NCBI GenBank assembly: GCA_030264375.1
Contig: JASCQW010000132.1
Location: 78,404,844 to 78,468,843, forward strand
DNA length: 64,000 nt
Source of the DNA: Carcharhinus longimanus
Lineage: Eukaryota
Direction of reading: 5' to 3'
This document shows, in pieces, positions 34,711 through 48,050 of this stretch; within the stretch, counting starts at the first letter, position 1; each line of letters begins with the position of its first letter. The translations under genes were made by a program, and so were the position numbers. The notes beneath the pieces are model-generated. The model was not told the origin of the DNA, did no database searches, and saw only the letters and a program-made list of their open reading frames with translations.

Positions 34711-36500
34711 AGGGTCAAGGGGAATCCCAAGGCTTTTTATGCATATATTAGGAGCAAGAGGGTAGAAAGAGTAAGAGTAGGCCTGCTCAAGGGTAACGGA
34801 GGGAAGATATGCATGGAATCATAGGAATTGGGTGAAATCCTTAATGAGTACTTTGCATCGGCGTCCACCAAGGAGAAGGCCATCACAGATGTTGAGGTCC
34901 GAGATAGGTGTGTGAACACTCTTGAGAATGTCAATATATCAAAGGAGGAAGTATTGAGTATCCTAGTTTGCATTAAAATAAACAAGTCCCCGGTCCTGAT
35001 GTGATCTATCCCAGGTCGCTACTGGAGGCAAGGGGAGACATGGCTTGGGCCTTAAGACATCTTCACATCCTCTTTGACCACAAGAGAGGTTACAGAGGAC
35101 TGGAGAATAGCCAATGTTATTCCCCTGTTTAAGGATGGAAGCAGGGATAATCCAGGAAATTACAGGCTGTTGAGCCTGACGTCAGTGATGGGGAAGATTT
35201 TGGAGAAGATACTGAGGGACAGGATATATGCAGATTTGGAGGAAAATGGACTATTTAGTGACAGGCAGCATGGTTTTGTACAGGAAAGGTCATGTCTCAC
35301 CAACTTGATTGAGTTTTTTGAAGAGCTGACAAAGATAATTGATGAGGAAAGGGCTGTGCATGTAGTTTTTATGGACTTTAATAAGACATTTGAAAAGGTC
35401 CCACATGACAGACTGGCACAAAAACTAAAAGCACGTGTGATTCAGGTGGGCTGGCTAGATGGATAAAGAACTGGCTTGGTTATAGAAGACAGAGTAGTGG
35501 TGGAAGGATGTTTTTCTGAATGGAGATCTGTAGCTAGCGGTGTTCCATTGGGATCAGAGCTGGGACCTCTGTTGCTCATAGTATGTATAAATGATCTGAA
35601 GAAAAATGTGAGTGGATTGATTAGTAAGTTTGTGGATGACACAAAGGTTGCCGGAATTGCTGATAGTGCCGAGGATTGTCAAAGAATACAACAGGATATA
35701 GATAGATTGGAGTCTTGGGCACAGAAAAGGCAGATGGAGTTTAATCTGGACAAATGTGTGGTGATGCATTTTGGAGAGTCAAATTTAAGTATGAATTATA
35801 TTTTAAATGGCAGAACACTTAGGAACATTAACATACAGAGGGATCTGGGCATGTGGTCCACCATTCCCTAAAAGTGATAACACAGGTGGCTAGGGTGATT
35901 AAGAAGACACATGGTATGCTTGCCTTCATCAGCCGCAGAATTAAGGATAGCAGTTGGGAAATCATGTTGCAGCTATATAAAGCCTTGGTTAGGTTGCATT
36001 TGGAATATTGCACGCAGATCTGGTCGCCACACCAGAGGGCAGCACAGTGGTTAGCACTGCTGCCTAACAGTGCCAGGGACCCAGGTTCGATTCGCGGCTT
36101 GGATCACTGTCTGTGTGGAGCATACATATTCTCCCTGTGTCTGCATGGGTTTCCTTCGGATGCTCTGGTTTCCTCCCCCAGTCCAAAGATATGCAGGTTA
36201 GGTGAATTGGTCATGCCAAATCCTCCTTCAGTGCACAAACAGGTGCTGGAGTGTGGCGACTAGGGAATTTTCACAGTAACATCATTGCAGTGTTAATATA
36301 AGACTACTTGTGACTAATGATAAACATTTATCATGCAGAGAGTGGTGGATGCCTGGAACATGCTGCTAAAGGATGTGAATAGGTACATAATAGGGAGGAA
36401 AAAGAGGGATATGAATGAGTAAGGGCAGAAGTTTTTTCTTAGTGAGGGCATCATGATCAGCTGAAAGGCCTGTTTCTGTGCTGTACTGTTCTTTGTTCAT
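34711..36500 (+). mobile_element. 5'-truncated CR1 LINE (RT region to 3' tail)
   Basis: EDWRIANVIPLFK, PGNYR..SLTSV.GKILE, QHGFV..RSCLTNLIEFF, DF.K.F.KVPH, SGVP.GS.LGP and KFVDDTK; tail ctgtgctgtactgttctttgttc. Confidence 0.95.
36036..36327 (+). mobile_element. V-SINE with an alternative 3' tail, inserted in CR1
   Basis: HE1-type head and V-domain, then gtgtggcgactaggg...cacagtaacatcattgcagtgttaatataagactacttgtgactaat instead of the usual tail. Confidence 0.85.
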
Positions 36501-37057
36501 ATGTGTTGCAATCTGGTTTAAAAACCTCTATGGTGAATTTAATGATCACACTTGCCTTCGGTTACTGCTAAAGTCTACCACAATGATATTGAAATACATC
36601 AATTTAAATGCCAAAGATGACTCGCATATGGACAGAGTGATGCAATGTATTTGGACACTGAATTTCACATCAGGGGTTCGGGTTTGAATCAAGTCCAGAA
36701 TGATAAGATGAAAGCTTCCTCCTACCACTGCAATATTTCTATGTAAAATATGTTTGAGTAGCCTCAGCCCAATTCTCAGTGAACCCACAGTACAAACCTA
36801 TCCATAGTTATTGGCAATCTCACACTGCAGGGCCACAAGGTTGTGTGGTATAAAAATGGAAAGCTTCTGGTATGATGGGGGTGATCGTTCTAAGGTTGTG
36901 CTTGAAGAATGTTATTGGACAGCATAGAGCAAGCCTGATTCGAACTCTCCTATATCTCCTAGGAGAAAAAAAAGTTTTAAAAAAATTGTTTCGTAGAACA
37001 GAATTTGAGTTTTGCAGTAAAAAGATAATTTGTCAACAGTTTTCATCAAAGTAATTA

Positions 37058-37300
37058 ATAGCCACTCATTGCTTCATTCCTCAGGGCAAAGCTTGCCCAA
37101 TCTGGTTTAAATTTTCAAACAATACTTAGAAGTTAACTGTCACCATTAACTGGTGTATTCTCCATGGCAATACCTCGACCAATCAATTAGTACCATCTTC
37201 TCAAATAACATAAAGTTGTTGTTTTCTCTAACATTCTTGAGGTTGTCCTGATGAGTGCAAGAAGAAAAGATTCAGCATTACTAAAAAAAAGTAATTTCTT
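37058..37300 (+). mobile_element. Retroelement terminal-repeat-like unit with a degenerate hammerhead core
   Basis: ccaat boxes, then gtc-CTGATGA-gtgcaagaa-GAAA-agattc at 37245-37273. Confidence 0.5.
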
Positions 37301-37621
37301 TCTTTTCACCTGTCAGGAGGGTGCTTAGTATGAGTACTTAATGTGAATACTGGATACTGCAGATAGAGGAGAACTTAATTTTCCATTTCTAACACTTCGG
37401 GCTGGATTTTGGCTGAGAAAGCAGGATTCAGGAAGTGGGTTCGTTTTCTGGTCATGAATCCGATGGAAAGCAGACAAAACTATTGGCTTTGGTGGAGGTG
37501 GTTGGTTAGTGAGGGGTTGGCAGTGACAGCCAGTTAGTGGCCAGAAGTGCAGGAATGGAGGTGGGCACACCAGGGAAGTGGGCCATCTGTGGACCAACTT
37601 GGCAACCATTTCTGTTACTCA

Positions 37622-37750
37622 TGATGTGGAGATGCCGGCATTGGACTAGATGGCACAATTAGAAGTCTCACGACACCAAGTTAAAGTCCAAAAGCTCATG
37701 ATTCCAAATCAGCCTATTGGATTTTAACCTAGTGTTGTGAGACTTCTTAC
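37622..37750. mobile_element. Penelope-like fold-back remnant
   Basis: 31-bp inverted arms at 37661-37691 and 37717-37747 (27/31 match); same family as 20317. Confidence 0.65.
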
Positions 37751-39188
37751 ATTGCTGTTATTACCATCCTGTGCGTGGCATTAAAAACAATATCTGAATC
37801 TTCAAATTGATCAGGGTAGCTGGAGAACTGGAATCTGGGTTTGAGAAGGGGAATACTCATGTTATTAAAACTTCATTTTTGTGGAATTAGATTTTCTGCA
37901 AACTTTCCACTTTTTTCAATAAAATGTCATGATTTCCACAATGCCGAAACCTGTACCTAAAAGGTTGGAGTTCTGCTTTACGCAGGTTCTAATGGCTGGC
38001 CCCCTGCCAAAACTTTAAAACCTTAGAAAGCGAGTTTTTAAGGGACTGTCTAATTACCTAAATGCATCCAATTTTGGATGTGAACAACTTCACTCTCTCA
38101 TTNNNNNNNNNNATTCTTCACTCCCCTCATTCCGGTCCTCATGAAAATTGGGAGGGTGGGGACAGATGCAGGGTATTGTGACACATGACATTTTTTTCTA
38201 TTGCCCGTCTCTGTTCTAACCCAATCCGAGCAACAAACATCCAGCCAAATGAGTTGGATTTGGTAGGTTAGGATGCAATCTTAATGTTGGTTTCAATTCC
38301 AGGTTGAGAGCGTGGAAGTGGCAATGACAGGATATCAATCACAGGAGTTCCAGGAGTCTGATTAAGGTTGTAGGTGGATTAGAGAAGTGAGTTGACCAAT
38401 CAGTGGGCCTGCAGTGGCTGACAGCGTCACTGGGTGAGGTGGTCAGAGCTGAGGTAGGAAAGCAAGTGTGAGGGTGCTTCAACATGGATGTACCTTCAGT
38501 TGCCTAGCAGAGAAGTCAAGAAATTAAGAGGCCTGAAGTTGGTAGGGACATCAGGGTGGAGGGGAAGCGTCTTTGCAGGAGCAGTGTTAGACAAACTGGC
38601 AGTCAAGGCAGAGAGACCACTCTGACAGTTGGAAAATAAAACTGTCAATGCAAAATGGCTCCTAAGTGGAATCTTAATTATCTGTCCATCTGCGTGAAGC
38701 AAGAAGCTGATGCTGGCCTCCACCCAGAATTTTCTACAGAGGCAAGAATGCATCAGGAAAATCCCCTGATGCGGTTCCTCTCTTTGTTCCAAACACCACT
38801 ACCTCCAATCCCATCTCTACAGGCCCAAGAAAATTCAGCCCTATGCATGGAGGAATCAAGAAAAAGTCCCGTGATTATAAAATGTTGCATCTTATTACCC
38901 CAGCAGACTTCACACTCAGTAAATTTACTGACAGTGCCCTCCCAAGTGCCTCAGTTACTCTACCCACTTAGACAAAATATTTTTAATTACAAGTCTAGAC
39001 CAATGGAAAGCAAAAATATGTCACAATATTTTGTGGTTTTTATAGTTTACTAGCAGGATTCTTGAAATGAAAAGTGAAATTAACACTGCAATCAGCAGTT
39101 GTAGTAGAAAACTGTAAATTAAAGACATGTGTTGACGGAAGAGTTAAATTTTACATACATTTCATTTCCTAGTTAGAGTCACAAAAAC

Positions 39189-39520
39189 CATAGAAACCCA
39201 ACAGCGCAGAAGGAGACCATTCAGCCCATTGAATCTATGCTGACAATAATCCTACCCAGGCCCTATTCCTATAATCTCCCATATTTACTAATCCCTCTTA
39301 CCTACACATCCTGGGATACTAAGGGGCAATTTAGCATGACCAATGCACCTAACCCGCATGTCTTTGGACTGTGGCAGGAAACCAGAGCGTCCAAAGGAAA
39401 CCCATGCAGACACAGGGAGAATGTGAAAACTCCACACAGACAGTGACCCAAGATGGGAATCAAACCAGGTCCCTGGAGCTGTGAGGCAGCAGTGCTAATC
39501 ACTGTGCCACCGTGCTGCCC
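39189..39520 (-). mobile_element. Full-length HE1/V-SINE
   Basis: Tail, V-domain and head (gggcagcacggtggcacagt on the minus strand). Confidence 0.9.
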
Positions 39521-40864
39521 CATAGTTGTGTTTAGACAGTGTACAGTTTACTGAATGCCTGTTTATGATGCACCCACCCCCATTTAAATAAAATCAACTT
39601 GATATGTCAGTTCTGTTTCTTATTGAAAGGGGACTAATGACTGTTTTCAGCTTCAACCACTTTCTTATCATGTGTTTTCGGGCATTGTTGGGGTACAAGA
39701 TGAATCGAGCCTTTCGTGCAAGCATTATGTTTCCCAGCCACTGGCTAATCTAGATACTGGTGTAAAATGGGAGCAACAAAGACCAATTGCTATTCCAGAA
39801 TTCCCATACTATCACTAAGATGAAACATTTAATAATGCTCAGATCTCACACCTAAGGCCATCTCTGAATGGCTCATCATCCCATTCATAACCAAAATACT
39901 CATGTGATAGTGAAATCCTGCCATCATGCAGCACAGATTAGCATACCTATTTTTTCTTTCTCTGTAAATTCATGGAACCTAATAATAAAATTGAAATGCT
40001 CCATGAATTGACTGTCAGCTGAAGCCATTATTGTTTGGCATCAATGCATGGCTATTATTTCTTGCTGACTATAAATGAACTGGAAGATTTTTACCGCTGG
40101 ATATCCCTCCCTTACAAGCAGCAATAATAAAATATCAGTTAAACATATTCAGTGACTGACTTATTCAGTTAATTTCTGAATGGTACTTCTTTTGAAAATG
40201 TGTTTGTCTTTTAACCGTAACAGCACAAAATGTGTAATCATGAGGATAAAATGACAGAAATAATAACAGTAATAAACTAAAACCTCTATTAATGGATAAA
40301 GAATACTAGTAACAGAATTGTATTTTTCTAAATGACATGTAGGCAGATGCATTTAATAAGGCATAATTGAATTACTTATTGCAACGTCATTTAAATAACC
40401 AGACTGTTTTATGTAACTAAAAATACTGGAGGTAAAATCACACATTTCAAGAATGCTTCTAAAATTGCTGAGTATGCTTTCTGTTAGTATCTAATGTGAT
40501 AAACATTCACTTGGTTTTCTTTTCAATTTCTTTGGCACTTGTATAAGAGTCATGCACATACCACAGACCCCTGGCTCATATCAAACCACTACTGTGGCTT
40601 GTGTATAATAGACTTGCAAAGTAAGCCAGATCCGGTCCATGCATGTGATGTTGTTTGTAATGAAGTCTAAACACAGAATGGCAGTGAGGCATGACAGGAA
40701 TGTATTTCCATTGGACATGGCTGTGTATAAAAAAGCATAAGCAATCCGTGTCCAGAAGGTCCGTTCAGCTGGCCAAGAAGGAAGACTAATGTTATTGTAC
40801 ATTGGCTGTCATCCTGCCAGCCCTCCCTCACAGATTTGTTTCTCTTTGCTGTCTGTTTGCTCAG

Positions 40865-40972
40865 GTGGACAGTGACACCATTTGGAATGAGATGCACTCG
40901 TCCAGTGCTGCACGCATGGCCGTTGGCTGTGTCATTGAGATGGCTTCTAAAGTGGCCTCTGGAGAGCTAAAG
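40865..40972 (+). CDS. HDAC9: HDAC9 coding exon, 108 nt: [36 protein letters not shown]
   Basis: Acceptor tgtttgctcag|, donor aag|gtgagg. Phase 0 to 0. Highly conserved class IIa segment. Confidence 0.97.
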
Positions 40973-42767
40973 GTGAGGTCCAGCAACGTTGTGTGTGGGA
41001 ATTATTGAGGAAACAAGAGGCAGAGAAAGTTAACTCACATAATAAGGCCTGTTCTTTGGGAATTAATTGGTTGACTGAGAAACTGCTGATCTGAAGGGTA
41101 ACTGTCCACACAATTGCAGTGCACTGTGAAATAGATAACTTGTACCCCCACATTGTTGTCCTCCCACTGTTCCTTTAACTTCACTTTTCGTTGTACTAAA
41201 GTGTCTGGTATGCTTTATTTCCTGAAAATAAATATTCCCAGTGCAATAAGCCGGTGGTAAACCTAGCGAAGAGCTTTAAATTTATACAGCTCTGACCCAG
41301 CTGAAGATTACTCCAAACGGGATACAATCAATTTATGCTTTTCGAACCAAGTTCTTTTTGTTGAAAGTTTATTACAACCCAAAGCAAGACATTTAAAAAA
41401 TAGATAGAGCAATAGAATAATGTACTGAATAAAAATTAAGATCCCTCACACATGCAGTGTTGTTACACTGTGGAATTTTTCAATGGAATAAGTTTGTGAT
41501 GAAGTTTGCCTGGACAGGTTAAGGGAAAAGTATATACCCTGTGTGGCTATAATTTGACAGTGAGGTCCCAGGCTACCAGCAGGAAACATACAGGTATTTT
41601 CTCTTTTTATAATGAATATTGCAGAGCGTTCTTTCAGGCTGGGGAGTAATTGTAATGTTATCACATACCTAAAAACTGTGAGAGAGTGAAGATTTGAACG
41701 TCTGTTATATCCCCACCCCTTCATGGCCCAAAGACTATAAATTAAAGCAAACTGCCTGCTAAATGTTTAAACAATTCCATAGTAACCCCTACTTCAACTC
41801 AGAATAGGAGCTCTCGTTCCACTGTACAATAAATCACTGGCAATTTTTTTCAGGTGTACTCTTTCCTGTTCTGGGAATGCCACATTGTAATTGCTCTCTA
41901 ATTTCATAATTCATCCCACTGTATCCTCCCCTGCCTTACTGCTTAAATTCAGAAATAATTCTTGCCACTTCAGCCCTTGTCCTAATTAAGTTAAAAAATG
42001 CTTTGGGGGAGGGAGGCTTACTGCCCCCATTTTTGGCAGGTGACAAAGCCAGTGGTGGTGGTGGGGGTGGGTGGGGGTGGTGGGAATCCAATGGGAGTCT
42101 CCAAAATAGCTTTTATGCTGGCAGGATTTCCCAGTGGTATTGGCCCCTGCCTCACCCTCAACCAACGACAGTATGGGGTTCCTGCCATGAAAGGTTGGGA
42201 ACCCCATTCCCATACATTTAAATTTAGCAGGCTTCCCCACCTTATCATTTCCATCTCTTTCCCCTGCCCTAAGTAAGGAATTCTCTCCGTGCCAGTGTGT
42301 ATTGCGTCAGCAGGGTTTGTAACAGATTGGGACCAATGGGGACCTGGCAAATGGTCTCCACCAAGGGCGCCCAGGTAAGTAGAGCCTACAGGAGGGAGAC
42401 GGTCATGTCCAGGCGGTATCATGGGCAATACCGGACAGGGGACTTCCACTGGGGAGTTCAGAGTGAGAGGGGTTTCCGTCAGGGAGGGGGAGTCCCATAT
42501 CTGTTGGAGTTTGTTTCTTTTCTAGGGTGGGGGGAGGGGGGTCCTTCCTTAAATTTTTTTTGACAGTGAGGGGGCTCTTTTAAAAATGGTTCTCCAATAT
42601 GTAAGAGTCAAAACTGGCTGGTGGGGTGGGCTCTGCATGATGTTATGGATCCCATCCTTTCCATTGTTTTTAAGTGTTTGAACATTTGGCGGGAAAAGCT
42701 GGCAAGGCAGCTGATGGGCTCCCTCCACTTTTATTTTATAGTTTATTTATTTTTTAGTCACAAGTAA

Positions 42768-44504
42768 GGCTAAAAAGCAGGGCCTCTCGGGTAGCAATCT
42801 CTGGATTACACCCAGTGCCAAGTGCTAGTGAGGCTAGGGACAGGGAGATTGTACAACTGAACACATGGCTAAAGGACTGGTGCAGGAGGGAGGGTTTCAA
42901 ATTCATGGGTCACTGGGAAGTCTTCAAGAGAGGATGGCACCTGTACAAGAAGGACGGGTTATACCTTAACTGGAAGGGCATGAGTATCCTGGCTGGGAGT
43001 TTTGCTACTGTGGTTCGGGTGGGTTTAAACTAATGTAGCGGGGGGGTGGGGATCAAAACAATAGGTCAATGAGCATAGAGGCTGGGGACAAGCTTGGGGC
43101 CAGGACAAGGCTTCCTAAAAGGAAGAGCATTCTGGGGGAGGAAGACCTGGAGGTCTGGAGTTTCAATGCAAGGAGCGTAATGGGCAAGACAGACGAACTT
43201 AGAGCTTTAATACTTGCGCGGAACTTGGATGTGGTTGCAATGACAAAGACTTGGTTAAAAGAAGGACAGGACTGGCAGCTGAATATTCCAGGGTATTAGT
43301 GTTTTAGGTGCGACAGAGAAGGGTCTAGAAGAGGTCGGGGAGTAGCAATACTGGTTAGGGAGCAGAGGATGGACAATATAGAAGGGTCATGTAACGAGTC
43401 ACTGTGGGTGGAGCTCAGAAACAAGAGGGCGCAGTCACTATGCTGGGGGTATACTACAGGCCTCCCAGCAGCCCATGGGAAGTTGAGGAACAGATAAGGA
43501 GATTCTGGATATGTGCAGAAAAAATAGGGTAGTTATAGTGGGAGACTTTAATTTCCCTTGTATGGACTGGAAATCACTTAGGGCTGGGGGACTGGACAGG
43601 GAGGAATTTATAAAATGTGCACAGGAAGGTCCTTTGGAACAATATGTTGATAGTCCAACTAGAGGGGGGGCTATACTGGACCTAGTACTGGGGAATGAAC
43701 CCAGTCAGGTCGCCAAAGTTTCAGTAGGGGAACATGTGGCAAATAGTGACCACAATTCTGTAAACTTTAGGATAGTAATAGAAAAGGATGAGTGTTATCC
43801 TATGGATAAGGTGCTGAATTGGGGGAAGGCTAACTACAGCCGGATTAGGCAGGTTTTGATGGCTGTTGATTGGGAGAGGCTGTTTGAGGGTAAATCCACA
43901 TCTGGCATGTGGGAGTACAAAGAACAAAGAACAAAGAACAACCCAGCACGGGAAACAGGCCCTTCGGCCCAACAAGCCCGCGCCTTTAAAGGAGCAGATG
44001 ATAAGGCTGCAGGACAGGCATGTGCCTATGAAAAGGATGGATAGGAAAGGTAAGATTTGAGAGCTGTGGATAACCAGAGAAATTGTCTAATCAAAAAGAA
44101 AAAAGAGGCATATATAAGGTCCTAGCAGCTAAAAACAGATGGAGCACTGGAGGAATACAGAGAAAGTAGAAAAGAGCTCAAACAGGGAATTAGAAGGGCA
44201 AAAACAGGTCACAAAATGTCCTTGGCAGATAGGATTAAGGAGAATCCTAAGGCATTTTATACATACGTTAGGAACAAGAAGGTTGCCAGGGAAAGGATCA
44301 GACCACTCAGGGACAAAGGAGGGGAATTATGCTCAGAACCCAAAGAAGTAGGTGAGATCCTAAATGAGTACTTTGCACCAGCACTCATAAAGGAGAGTCT
44401 GGTAGTGTCTCAGAGAGATGTGTTGATCCGTTAGAAAAAATCTCAATTACAAGGGAGGAAGTGTTAGGTTTTTTAGGAAACATTAAGACAGACAAATCCC
44501 CAGG
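42768..44504 (+). mobile_element. CR1 LINE: ORF1 esterase C-terminus plus ORF2 endonuclease, running into a gap
   Basis: LNTWLKDWCRREGF...DGLYLN (SGNH/esterase-like), NARS, TWL, YYRPP, GDFNFP, ILDLVL and SDHNSV. A short minus-strand CR1 tail is inserted at about 43916-43982. Confidence 0.93.
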
Positions 44505-44604
44505 NNNNNNNNNNNNNNNNNNNNNNNNNNNNNNNNNNNNNNNNNNNNNNNNNNNNNNNNNNNNNNNNNNNNNNNNNNNNNNNNNNNNNNNNNNNNNNNN
44601 NNNN
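44505..44604. other. Assembly gap (100 N); other gaps at 16418-16517, 20386-20485, 38103-38112 and 60736-60735+100 (60736-60835)
   Basis: Runs of N seen directly; a 100-N length usually marks a gap of unknown size. Confidence 0.99.
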
Positions 44605-44688
44605 AGGGCCTGGGTGGGATTGTGGTTGGTGCAGACTCGATGGGCTGAAGGGCCTCTTTCTGCACTGTAAGGTTCTATGATTCTATGA
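44605..44688 (+). mobile_element. HE1 SINE 3' tail emerging from the gap
   Basis: gggcctgggtgggattgtgg...ttctatgattctatga. Confidence 0.85.
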
Positions 44689-45049
44689 TATAGACAGAAC
44701 TGCCCTCTAGAAACTGAAAAGTGTAAGGACATACCTATCCAAGCTAATTTCTGATTATGTTTGTCTCAAATCCACTGGAAAGACTGACAAGGCAGGATCA
44801 GAAAACTTAGGTGCATTGGCCCGAACTTTCCTTTCAGGGTCAGACAAAAAACTACACACTTGCCTTCCTCCGATATTTCTGAACAATCTTCCAATAGAGG
44901 ATCCTGCAGAATTTCATCAGTGCAGGGAACCTCCTTGGGAAAAGTTGGAAAAACTCCATTGTGCAGAAGCCTCTATTTTTACAGCACTAGCCTCTGTACT
45001 CTGATAAGTAAAAAGTTTAAATTTCCCAGAACTTCTCAAAAAGCTATGG

Positions 45050-45670
45050 AGAAAAGGTAAGTCAGTTAGTAGGTAGGGTGAGTGAAGAGGTATTTTTGCT
45101 GAGGTAAGTAGGTAAGTGACAGGGTGGCTATGGGGCTAGGATGGATACAATTAGTGGGTAAGGGATTAGGGTGAGTAAGGGGATACAGTAGGTAGGTAAG
45201 AGGGTCAGATGGGCATGGGGTAGAGGAGTGAGGGGATGGGGGATAAGGGATAAGCTGGGTGAGGTAAATGTGTAAGGTGGTAGGTAGGTAGGGTAGTGAG
45301 ATTGGATCAGGTCATGTTGGGTCAGGAGGGAGTCAAGTGGTTACAAGGTGTTCGGGGATGGGATTGGAGGGTTGGGGGATAGTCAGGTAGGTTGTGGCTC
45401 AACAGATCGAGAGGGAGTCAGGGGAATCAGGGGGTCAGTGGAGGTGGGGTGTCAGATGTCAGGTTACTTGATCAAGTTGGGGGGGAAGCTTGTGGGTGGG
45501 GGTGTCTAGGGGTTTATCGGAGGAGTCAAGGAAGGAATCAAATGGTAGGGGTTAGTCAAGTCAAGTAAGGGAAAGTCAGGGGAGTAGGGAACAAGAGAGT
45601 CAGAAGGTGTGGTGGTGGTCTGTTAGGGGGCTGTGGGGGGGCACAGTTATCTGGGGGGAGAAGGGTTACT
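45050..45670 (+). repeat. G/purine-rich low-complexity tract inside a larger interspersed repeat (about 44720-45860)
   Basis: Repeated ggtag/ggtaag/gtcagg words and very few C. Confidence 0.6.
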
Positions 45671-47699
45671 ATGTGGGATTTGATGGGTCAGTTCTAAAGT
45701 TACCCAAGTGTTGGACTAAATGTTAATCTGGTTTACATTTGCTGGTATCTTCCAGGTAAATAATTATCCAAAGTCTCAGGCTCTAACTCAGAGTTGGAGA
45801 CTTTTACAGAAGATTTCGGGAAATATTTTAATTGCCTATTGGCAGTTCAAAATTCCCACTCATTAAGCAGAGTCTCCCAACTCCCCACCAGTGGGTTCAA
45901 TGGTGGATGTGGGAGGAGAATATGGCAGGAAGCCCATAAATTTATGCTATTGTGAATTTACAGCAGGATATTCCACTTGTACTTGCCATGGTGGATCAAA
46001 AACCCACCAGAGGCCAACATGAACCAGATTTACATCCCGTTTAATGGAATGCAGGTGAAGACCTGAATCCCCACGCCAGATTCTCTGCAATGCCAATGGG
46101 AAAACGCATTGCGTAAAACACGTTTGGAACAACGTGGTGTGCAGGTATCGAAACTAACCTGAACAATGTCAGAGGTTGCCTCTGGAATTTGGGTTGGAGG
46201 TTGCCTTCAAGCTAGACCCTGGAACACTATAGCAGTGGGCTGAGGGAGCATATGCAGGTGGACCTTCCTGATTCAATTTCTTGGAGGGGGTCCAACTTTC
46301 AGCCTCAATGTTCCCAGAGATCCATTTTCATTTTCAGGTGATCCACCTTTTTTCATCAGAGTGGGTCAGTGATGTTGGGTGCCTTTTCAATCTAGCATCT
46401 GGACACAACAGCAGACTACAGACTAATCAGGCCTGCCCCGCCACATAATATGGCACAAAACACCTGGGTGCTTAATTAATGAAGTCAGGGTTGGAAGATT
46501 CGGTGTGTTTTCCTGCCAGCCTCCACATGAGAAACATTCCACATTTCCACCCCTGCCACAGGACTTGGTCTCAAAATGGGAAAATTCCACCCATGGTCTT
46601 GGGATTTCTGAGAGGTTTACTATCTGGAGATTGGAGATCTGGGCCAAAGGGTTTAATTTCACTGCATCTGGCACCTAGAAAAAAACTTTCCCAAACGTGT
46701 CTTAGGCCATTCACAGAATATTTCCATATTTTATTTCCACCTCCCTTCTTTCAGCAGAAGTTTCTGTTCAGTTACAATTCGTGTCAAATTGTGAAAGGTT
46801 CTTGCTGCATTTATCCACGAAGAACTGAGATCACACTGCCTAAAATGTTTTCTTATAAGATACCCACCTAATAGAATGAGTGTTCACCTTATCACTGTGC
46901 TGTGGATTTTATCCCTGATTTGAGAGGTAAAAGGGCCTAACCACCCCAAATATTGTGACATATATTATACCGCATGTAACGGTTAGCATTGCCATTCCTT
47001 TACTTTAATAAGATATCCATTTTATTCAAAGTAGCAAATAGTGCTGCAGTGACAAAATTCAGTGATAATCGTCTACGTACTTAAAGAAACTCTAGCGTAC
47101 ACTGGTAATAGCTGCTCCCAAAACAATTACAGATAGTAGGAAGTGAGTAAGAAGGTTGTAATTTACTTGAAGGTTTCAAATAACATCATAAACCACAAGA
47201 ACTATGTCCAAGTAGTTTATGGACGTCATATAAACCCTGAAATTAAATTGCAGGCTTTTACTTACTCACTGGCAGCATTTTGATTAATACAGACTTCAAT
47301 TAAAAACATGAAAATTCTATCGATTACAGAAAATCACACTGTCACAACTATATTGTCACAACTTCAGATTTCATGATTCACCTTCTGATACAATATGGTT
47401 AAATCTAGGAATGATTAAAACCAATAATGGAATCTTTGGGCTTAGAAGTTTTTAAACCCCAGAATTAAATCCAAAAAAATTGTAGAATTCATTTAAATCA
47501 TTGAATTGCTTGTAAATAGTTCTATTATGTCCATTCTTTTAAGAATTGAAGAATTTTAAGAATTGAAAATATTTATTCAAATACATGGAGAATTTATTAA
47601 GTTTTGATCTTGATTGTGTGCTGGCCAGGCTCATATGAACATTCAGTGCACTTTGTGTCAATGAGTGATGCCATTCATAGAAACCTGTCTGCAGTTCCA

Positions 47700-48050
47700 C
47701 TGGCTTAATTCCACTTGCCTATCGTTCTCATCCTCAAAGATCTCCAGTTGATTCCAATCACCCAGTCTACTGAATACAAAATCTTTTCCTTGTTAACAAG
47801 TCCCTTCACGACTCCTCATTGCCTATCACCATAACCTCTTCCATCTTTTCACTCTATGCTCATAATCTTCTGACTCTGTCCTCTTTCCTCCTTGTATGTA
47901 TTGCCATTCCCTTTTCAGTTCCAACCAACCAGATCATACTTTTGTAATTCCCTTCCTTAGCCACATCACTGCTTCTTTCCCCATCTTTCAGAACTTCCCT
48001 CCCAGTATTCATATAATCTAATTCTTTGATTTCTAGTTGGCGCTCCCTTT
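47700..48050 (+). mobile_element. Old L2-like LINE 3' remnant
   Basis: Remnant reading ILKDL..IPI....EYKI..LV.KSLH, similar to the L2 L..LHWLP...RI.FKI motif. Confidence 0.45.
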
